From: Promethearchaeota archaeon
GTDB lineage: Archaea; Asgardarchaeota; Thorarchaeia; Thorarchaeales; Thorarchaeaceae
Direction: 5' to 3'
Length of the DNA stretch: 8,249 nt
Assembly: GCA_027031765.1 (NCBI GenBank)
Contig: JALVPN010000226.1
Coordinates: forward strand, 14,005-22,253
In this document: in pieces, positions 1 to 5,116 of the stretch
Position numbering within the stretch: the first letter of the stretch is position 1
Layout of the letters: the number at the start of each line of letters is the position of its first letter
Program-made: the position numbers and the translations under genes
Notes under the pieces: generated by a model
What the model was told of the DNA's origin: nothing
The model's database searches: none
The model's input: only the letters and a program-made list of their open reading frames with translations

Positions 1-3000
1 TGTCGTGGTGGTACGTTCTACCACGCATGGTCTGCACCCACTGAGCTGACATACTGGAACCCCGTGAGTGTCATCACGATTGACGACCAGGACTATGACG
101 GCGAGTGGGAGATAATCATCGGACACACCCATGGTTTCGACATGTGGGAACATGTGCCGGGGTCAGACTCGCAGTATGTCAAGGTCGAGCATGTCACGGC
201 GTCCCCGAACTACCCCCTCGTCAAGCTGAGGAGCATGGTGTACTCGTTCGAGTCGATTGGCCCCGGCGGTCGCATGCTCAAGGACGCCGCCAGGCTGAAG
301 GGGACCTACAGCAATACCGGCTGGGTGCTCTACGAGACGAACGGCACGCCCGGTACGGCAATCGAAATCAAGGCCTACCGCTTCGACACTCACATGTGGA
401 TCCCTGGAGTCCCACTCAGCTCTGTTGCCAACTACTCAGCCCATGGGATAACGGTCAACAATGAGCAGCACCCATCAGTCACAGTGTTCGACAACGGTGA
501 CATATACATCGGATGGGAAGCAACATCGAATACGAGCACCCACTACCTGTGCTTGCTGCGCTATGACTACAACGCAGGCACTTGGAGTGATGTGTGGATG
601 CTCTCAGACCCGTTCTGGGGCACCCGTCAGTACCCCCAGGTCATCGAGTACAACGCCACCCACCTCGCAGTGGTCTACCTCTACACCCTGTGGGGAACCA
701 GCCGTGTGAACGCGTTCCTGCTGCGGAGAGACCTCACCGGCCCCTACACCTGGGTGGCGCTCCACTTCGAGGGCTACAACCAGCTCGATGTGCACGACAT
801 CTCGGCTGTCAGGATGCCTGATGGCAGGGTCGCAATTGCAATGTCTGCGTCAAGCCTGCTCATCTCCAAGCCGGACAACGACATCTGGGTTGTGGTGGGC
901 CCCGGCGACCTGAACTTCACGGGCGTACAACCACACCAGGCGTCCACCGAGTTCAGTGAGGACATGTATGTGTCCATTGACTACCTCCGCGACCGGGAGC
1001 AGACCCTGGTGGTCACCTACGAGCGTGTGGACATGCCCCTGGAGGAACGCATAGCCATGGTGGCCAGTGCCAATGGTGGTGCGACATGGGGCGTCCCCGA
1101 GGCCATGAACACCCTCCCGTCGTACGTCTACAGGCAGGAACACGTCAACGGCTACGTCTACTACAAGGACACCCGTACTGACACACCGGTCTATGGTCCG
1201 CAGGCCTACGGGCCGGCCATCATGCCACTCGACAGTGGTGGCTTCATGTACGTCATCTCGTTCACGTACATTGAGCCGCACATGATCAGCGACCTGCACT
1301 GGGTAATGATAAACCACATGGACCTGGTCTATGGGTTCAACGACCAGTCTGACTGGAGTGACAACTCCCTGCGCAACGTGGTCGACCTTGCAGTGGGTGA
1401 CACCGACTGCGACGGCCGCCGTGAGGTGGTGGTCGCCTTCGAAGACAGGGTCGGCGTGTACGAGATGAAGGGCTCCAACAACGGCACGGGCTTCATGTCC
1501 TACGAGGAGGCATGGCTCTCTGAGCCGTTCGAGGAGGAGGCCACCGGCGTCACGGTCTACGACACCAATGGCAACGGCTGGCCTGAGATCGGCATCTCCA
1601 CCGGTCGGGGCAACGTCTACTTCATGGAGTACCGCGACCCCTCTGAGGGCGCCATGTCGCTGCGCTACTCGCAGCAGGACTGGGAGCTCGATGTGGGCCC
1701 GGTAATAGGGCCCGGGCCGAGGAACCGCTTCCTGGCCGCTTACGACTACGACAGTGACTCGCGCGATGAGGTCGTGATTGCGGAGCCGAATGGTCGGTCC
1801 CTCAGACTGGTCGACGACGACGGCACCGAGCTCTGGAGTGTGACCGCCTCCTCCTCACGGATCACTGACATGGTCCTCTGTGACCTCGACAATGACACGG
1901 TGCCGGAGATAGTCGTGACGAGCTACGACGTCACCGTGCATACGTATGAGGGTGCCACGGGTGACCTCCTGTGGACGTTCACCAATACCTCGTCCTCCGG
2001 CTTTGGCGGCATTGCTACCGGTGACCTGACGGGTGACGGCCTGCCAGAAGTCGTGGTATCAATGTACGCAGGTGGGGCAGTGGTCCTCTCAGGGTCCGGC
2101 CAGTTCCTGTCGTACCTCCACATCCCCGGACTTGGTATCATCAAGCTGCTGGTGGGCAACTTCAGCCCCCAGGCATCTCCCGGGATTGCGACGGCCTCCC
2201 TTGACGGCAGGGTGTGCCTGACCTCGGCCAATGGCACCGTGCTCTACACGTCACCAATAGGCACTGCGTCAATCTACTCCCCACTGGCATCCTACGACTT
2301 CAGTGGAGATGGCTACGATGAGCTCGTGTTCGGCAAAGACGCCCTGCATGTCTACGACTTCGTGAACGGCAGCTTCTACCACAACTCCACAACCCTCGGT
2401 GAGACCATTGACCTGCACCTTGCAGACTTCGACGACGACGGTGACATCGAGGTGCTGGTCATGACAAAGTTCGACGGCGTGTACATGTACCAGGTCTCGA
2501 CCGGCACGGCCCAGTGGGTCTATCGTCCTGCCAACGCCTCTCTGTACATCCATGATGTCGGTGTCGGCCACTTTGGAGGTGTGGGCGCCCTGGATGTCAT
2601 CATCACGGTCGGCGAGACCGACAGGAACGGTGTGCTCCTGGCAGTCGACGGGCAGAGTGGCATGCCGATGTGGTTCAACAGGACGGGTGGCGTCATCCTC
2701 CACACCGTCGCCGCAGACCTCACGGGTGACGGCACTGACTCGATTGTCGGCTGGGACTTTGAGGACACGCGACTCGTGGCAACAAGCGCCGTTGGCCCCA
2801 CCGAGTACGGACCACCAGAGGCATTCCCGATGCACGACCGCCTGTGGACGCAGAGGGCCTCTGACGTGTCGATGGTGTACGCCAAGCAGCTCACGGGCCA
2901 CTACACCGAGGAGGTGGTATTTGTGTTTGGCAAGACCCACCTGCGTGTAATGGACGGCGGTACCGGGGACCCTGTATGGGGGGTCGACCTTGACAGCGTA

Positions 3001-4095
3001 GTCATTGAGGTCGAGTTCATGACCACCTCTGCCTCTGGTCCAGACGTGGCCCTGCTCCTTGGTGACGGCAGCGTGAGGGTCTACGACGGTGACACTGGCA
3101 CACTTGTGTTCAGCGTCCCGGAGGTCTCCGGCTACTCCACAGTGGCGATAGAAACGGGCGACTTCAACCACCCCTCGCTCTTCGACGAGCTGGCCATACT
3201 ATACCACCGCCCCACGTCGCCGTACACGACATACGTCGAGTGGTACACCGCCCAGGGCAGTAGCCTCTACTCCACGACCTCGTTCACAACTTCCAGCTGG
3301 TCGCTAAAGATGGACTCTGGGGTCTATGCAGCAGACGGGACGCGCTGTGTTGTGGTCGCTGGCAGCAGCCTCCAGTCGCGGTTCTATGCTGGCAACAACG
3401 GCACATACCTCGGCTCCATGGGCACCGGGTCTGTGTACAGGCTCACGTCCGGTCACTTCACGAGCACGGGCTACGAGTGCGTCGCAGTCATGAACTCGGC
3501 ATATGACATAACAGTCCTAGACTTCGAACTGGGCGTCACAAGCCCCGTGTTCTACTTTGACACCGGTCACGTGCGACAGTTCATGGCAGCAGACGTCGCC
3601 GCCAACGACGGCATCGACGAGCTCGTGGTCAACCTCGCGGAAGTGGGAGTCGTCGGCTACAAGTTCGACGGCAGCTTGGCCTGGTCGTACTACGCACCGC
3701 TCGTCTCTACAAGCGCGCGCTCGGTCAGTGTTGCGTTCGCCGACATGGACGGGGATGGCTGGGACGATATGGTCATGTCCAACAACGAGTACGTGGACGT
3801 CGTCAACGGTGCGACCCGCAGGCTCATGTGGCACTACCGCAACCCCGGCAAGAAGACCAACTACTACCCGGTCCCAATACTGGCCCACAGCCACAGTGTC
3901 AGGGATGTCCTCACCTACTCGTCGACCGACATCTACGTGATCTCAGCATCGCCACCGGCTGCATCGCCAGGTCCAGCAAGTGGCCTCTCTGTTGAGGAGA
4001 CCGTCATGATGGTCACCGCTGCGGGTGTACCACTGGTCTTCCTCTTCCTGGTCGTGCCACTCGTCCGCAGACGTCGACGAGTGCCTGTGAAGTGA
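1..4095 (+). CDS. Large membrane-anchored beta-propeller surface protein (FG-GAP-like and PQQ-like repeats plus BNR/Asp-box-like domain), 5'-truncated by the window
   Basis: Frame 1 is open from base 1 (CRGGTFYHAWSAPTELTYWNP-V), so GTG64 is probably not the true start; no signal peptide is visible. About 18 D-x-D/N-x-D-G-x-x-E/D-hydrophobic repeats (e.g. DQDYDGEWEIIIG, DTDCDGRREVVV, DLTGDGLPEVVV, DFDDDGDIEVLV, DMDGDGWDDMVM). Trp-docking motifs (DGQSGMPMW, EGATGDLLW, DGGTGDPVW). About 15 N-x-S/T sequons. C-terminal TM helix plus RRRRR; stop TGA 4093-4095. Confidence 0.93.
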   Translation, partial: CRGGTFYHAWSAPTELTYWNPVSVITIDDQDYDGEWEIIIGHTHGFDMWEHVPGSDSQYVKVEHVTASPNYPLVKLRSMVYSFESIGPGGRMLKDAARLKGTYSNTGWVLYETNGTPGTAIEIKAYRFDTHMWIPGVPLSSVANYSAHGITVNNEQHPSVTVFDNGDIYIGWEATSNTSTHYLCLLRYDYNAGTWSDVWMLSDPFWGTRQYPQVIEYNATHLAVVYLYTLWGTSRVNAFLLRRDLTGPYTWVALHFEGYNQLDVHDISAVRMPDGRVAIAMSASSLLISKPDNDIWVVVGPGDLNFTGVQPHQASTEFSEDMYVSIDYLRDREQTLVVTYERVDMPLEERIAMVASANGGATWGVPEAMNTLPSYVYRQEHVNGYVYYKDTRTDTPVYGPQAYGPAIMPLDSGGFMYVISFTYIEPHMISDLHWVMINHMDLVYGFNDQSDWSDNSLRNVVDLAVGDTDCDGRREVVVAFEDRVGVYEMKGSNNGTGFMSYEEAWLSEPFEEEATGVTVYDTNGNGWPEIGISTGRGNVYFMEYRDPSEGAMSLRYSQQDWELDVGPVIGPGPRNRFLAAYDYDSDSRDEVVIAEPNGRSLRLVDDDGTELWSVTASSSRITDMVLCDLDNDTVPEIVVTSYDVTVHTYEGATGDLLWTFTNTSSSGFGGIATGDLTGDGLPEVVVSMYAGGAVVLSGSGQFLSYLHIPGLGIIKLLVGNFSPQASPGIATASLDGRVCLTSANGTVLYTSPIGTASIYSPLASYDFSGDGYDELVFGKDALHVYDFVNGSFYHNSTTLGETIDLHLADFDDDGDIEVLVMTKFDGVYMYQVSTGTAQWVYRPANASLYIHDVGVGHFGGVGALDVIITVGETDRNGVLLAVDGQSGMPMWFNRTGGVILHTVAADLTGDGTDSIVGWDFEDTRLVATSAVGPTEYGPPEAFPMHDRLWTQRASDVSMVYAKQLTGHYTEEVVFVFGKTHLRVMDGGTGDPVWGVDLDSVVIEVEFMTTSASGPDVALLLGDGSVRVYDGDTGTLVFSVPEVSGYSTVAIETGDFNHPSLFDELAILYHRPTSPYTTYVEWYTAQGSSLYSTTSFTTSSWSLKMDSGVYAADGTRCVVVAGSSLQSRFYAGNNGTYLGSMGTGSVYRLTSGHFTSTGYECVAVMNSAYDITVLDFELGVTSPVFYFDTGHVRQFMAADVAANDGIDELVVNLAEVGVVGYKFDGSLAWSYYAPLVSTSARSVSVAFADMDGDGWDDMVMSNNEYVDVVNGATRRLMWHYRNPGKKTNYYPVPILAHSHSVRDVLTYSSTDIYVISASPPAASPGPASGLSVEETVMMVTAAGVPLVFLFLVVPLVRRRRRVPVK
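457..1338 (+). other. BNR/Asp-box (sialidase-fold-like) beta-propeller domain within ORF1
   Basis: Asp-box-like S-A-N-G-G-A-T-W at 1066-1089 and Y-D-Y-N-A-G-T-W at 562-585. Blade-like beta-strand patterns HPSVTVFDNGDIYIGW, YPQVIEYNATHLAVVY, DISAVRMPDGRVAIAM and GPAIMPLDSGGFMYVISF. No FG-GAP motifs in this segment. Boundaries are approximate. Confidence 0.6.
1396..3780 (+). repeat. Protein-level array of about 17 FG-GAP-like/PQQ-like blades (probably 2-3 beta-propellers)
   Basis: Acidic DxDxDG-type loop motifs recur roughly every 40-60 aa from GDTDCDGRRE (1396) to ADMDGDGWDD (ends 3780). Several copies are degenerate (GNFSPQASPG, GHFTSTGYEC, KQLTGHYTEE). The repeats are diverged at the DNA level. 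Confidence 0.8.
3943..4092 (+). other. C-terminal anchor of ORF1: Pro/Ser/Ala linker, TM helix, Arg-rich cytoplasmic tail
   Basis: Linker SASPPAASPGPASG; hydrophobic VMMVTAAGVPLVFLFLVVPLV (4003-4065); tail RRRRRVPVK. Confidence 0.85.
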
Positions 4096-4150
4096 CCTGC
4101 TCTGCAGCACCGCCGCCACCACTGAGGAAGACTGCGTCGACGTGGTGTTG

Positions 4151-4369
4151 GGACGGGCGGCCATCCTGCATGCGGCCCGTCCACTGTCCCCCCATCGGGC
4201 CCGTCGTGCCCTACACTTGCATGTCCGGCCCGCCCAGGCGAGACCTCTGTGCACTCGCCTCGCTCCTGCCCCCGTCTGGTGGCCCGTCACAGCCGGGACT
4301 TGACAGTTGCTGTCCTCGACAGACACCGGCTGTCTAGCCACAGTTCACATGGCACATTGTCAGTGTGCT
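4151..4369. other. Cluster of GC-rich hairpins downstream of ORF1
   Basis: GGACGGGC 4151-4158 / GCCCGTCC 4175-4182; AGGCGAG 4236-4242 / CTCGCCT 4254-4260; ACAGCCGG 4289-4296 / CCGGCTGT 4326-4333 enclosing GACAG-ttg-CTGTC; GGCACAT 4351-4357 / GTGTGCT 4363-4369 (two G-U pairs). Function unknown. Confidence 0.3.
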
Positions 4370-4447
4370 GTGCACCGTAGCTGGGCTGGCCACCGGTACT
4401 GGCACCCATTTGGCGCCAAACGCTCTGTGCCCCACACCATCTGCCAT

Positions 4448-4463
4448 GCTGGCTGGCTGGCTG
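4448..4463. repeat. (GCTG)4 tetranucleotide microsatellite
   Basis: Read directly as gctg gctg gctg gctg. Confidence 0.7.
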
Positions 4464-4612
4464 GTAGGCTTGAGACATGCAGTCCCTGTGGACGGCCTAG
4501 GGCCTCTGCACTGGCCGTAGTACTCCACCACATGACTTATATTGCTGGGCTGAATAGTCTATATCACCAGCTAATGCACGTCCAGCAGCATGCCGGTGCA
4601 GAAAGTCTGTGA

Positions 4613-4627
4613 CCAAAAGCTATAACT
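4613..4627 (+). promoter_or_regulatory. Archaeal-type promoter: BRE-like CCAAAAG plus TATA-like CTATAACT; predicted TSS near 4650
   Basis: An A-rich tract directly upstream of TATAA (4621-4625), in an otherwise GC-rich background. Standard archaeal spacing (TATA centred about -26/-27) puts the start about 13 nt before the structured RNA. Confidence 0.55.
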
Positions 4628-4633
4628 GTACTT

Positions 4634-4648
4634 GCTTGCACCGCAAGC
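4634..4648. promoter_or_regulatory. Operator-like inverted repeat GCTTGC-acc-GCAAGC between the TATA box and the predicted TSS
   Basis: Perfect 6-bp inverted repeat with a 3-nt spacer, at a position typical of archaeal repressor sites. Confidence 0.35.
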
Positions 4649-4650
4649 CT

Positions 4651-4811
4651 GTAACCCAAACAAGGGCGCAGCAGCATGATGTGGGTCGACTCCTCGCTTT
4701 GGCGTGCGGCGAGGGTCTTGCGAGAGCCTCAAAATAGGTTTCTCGGAATGCGGCGGGAAAAAGTTAGGTGGCGCGGCGATCGTCGCATTGCCCACAGAGC
4801 TGCGCCCACCT
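4651..4811 (+). ncRNA. Candidate structured non-coding RNA or cis-regulatory leader (four-way junction with K-turn-like loop); family unknown
   Basis: Hand-folded helices: P1 4664-4672/4799-4807 (9 bp, all Watson-Crick); P2 4680-4686/4790-4796 (7 bp); Pa 4688-4698/4708-4717 (10 bp, 1 bulge); Pb 4721-4729/4736-4745 (9 bp, 1 bulge); Pc 4747-4756/4780-4789 (10 bp). Junction linkers are only 1, 3, 1 and 0 nt. Promoter upstream, pyrimidine-rich tract downstream. Confidence 0.55.
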
Positions 4812-4844
4812 CATTCTGATCTGTCGTTGTCCTGTCTTCTGTCT
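4811..4844 (+). terminator. Possible pyrimidine/U-rich termination tract after the structured RNA
   Basis: TCATTCTGATCTGTCGTTGTCCTGTCTTCTGTCT is strongly T/C-rich relative to its flanks but has no run of more than 2 T, so this call is weak. Confidence 0.25.
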
Positions 4845-5085
4845 GGAGCCGGCCGTGTCCAGATGGCAGTTGGTGTCTCAGGCCCGGCGCTGGGGGCTGC
4901 TGTGTTGGTCTGCGCAGGGTGTCCCGACTGTTGGAGTACTGCCCGGAGAGTATGGTGTGTCCGGGCGGGGATGACCGTGGAATGGTGTGGCACGTGCGGA
5001 TGTGTGGGCGTGTCGACAACGGGGGCATGGGCACGGACTGGAAGGACCGGTCGCGCCTGCTCGACGTGCTGCTGTGATGGGCGCG

Positions 5086-5093
5086 CTAATTAG
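5086..5093 (+). promoter_or_regulatory. TATA-like palindrome CTAATTAG about 27 nt upstream of the ORF2 ATG (possible leaderless promoter)
   Basis: An isolated AT island in a G-rich stretch; TAATTA is centred about 27 nt before ATG5117. No Shine-Dalgarno is evident and no clear BRE is present. Confidence 0.35.
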
Positions 5094-5116
5094 GCAGTGG
5101 GTACAGTTGTCATCTG

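Noticed and set aside
105-3940. Many alternative-frame and antisense ORFs inside ORF1, including the 300-aa minus-strand ORF 2269..3171
   Set aside because: They are shadow ORFs expected from the high GC and codon bias of a long real gene. They carry no recognisable motifs, whereas frame 1 has coherent repeats.
4537-4564. Additional TATA-like hexamers TTATAT (4537-4542) and CTATAT (4559-4564)
   Set aside because: No clear BRE in either orientation and no credible gene or RNA at the expected distance, so I cannot support them as promoters.
4711-4771. Partial resemblance to ykkC/guanidine-I riboswitch words (CGAGAG; CGGCGGGAAAAAG) and to cobalamin riboswitch words (GGGAA...GGUG)
   Set aside because: The ykkC 5' CUAGGGUUCCG and the CCCG pairing partner are absent, and the cobalamin P4/B12-box elements are absent. 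An Rfam cmscan would settle it.
4664-4811. tRNA-like ends (GGGCGCA...UGCGCCC-ACC) and a T-loop-like GGGTCGACTCC
   Set aside because: No TTCRA T-arm at the 3' side, no D-arm or anticodon-arm geometry, and the length is wrong. It is not a tRNA or a tmRNA-like domain.
4427-4994. Nested long-range inverted repeats flanking the candidate RNA (CCACACCAT 4432-4440/4982-4990; AGTACTCCA 4519-4527/4932-4940), suggesting a MITE
   Set aside because: About one 9-bp match is expected by chance between a C-rich and a G-rich flank of this size. Arm spacing is unequal, and I see no target-site duplication or transposase.
4676-5077. Reading frame with a single in-frame TGA (4817-4819), a possible selenoprotein read-through; AUGA/GA also resembles a SECIS core
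   Set aside because: The product resembles no selenoprotein I know and has no redox motif around the TGA. The AUGA/GA motif encloses a multibranch domain of over 100 nt rather than a short SECIS helix with an apical AA loop, and it lies upstream of the TGA.
4863-5093. Cys-rich ORF (11 Cys in 76 aa, including CPDC and CGTC) resembling a zinc-ribbon microprotein
   Set aside because: The segment is TG-dinucleotide rich, which generates Cys/Trp/Val codons by chance. Codon usage is unremarkable, and it overlaps another equally weak candidate ORF and the putative ORF2 TATA box.
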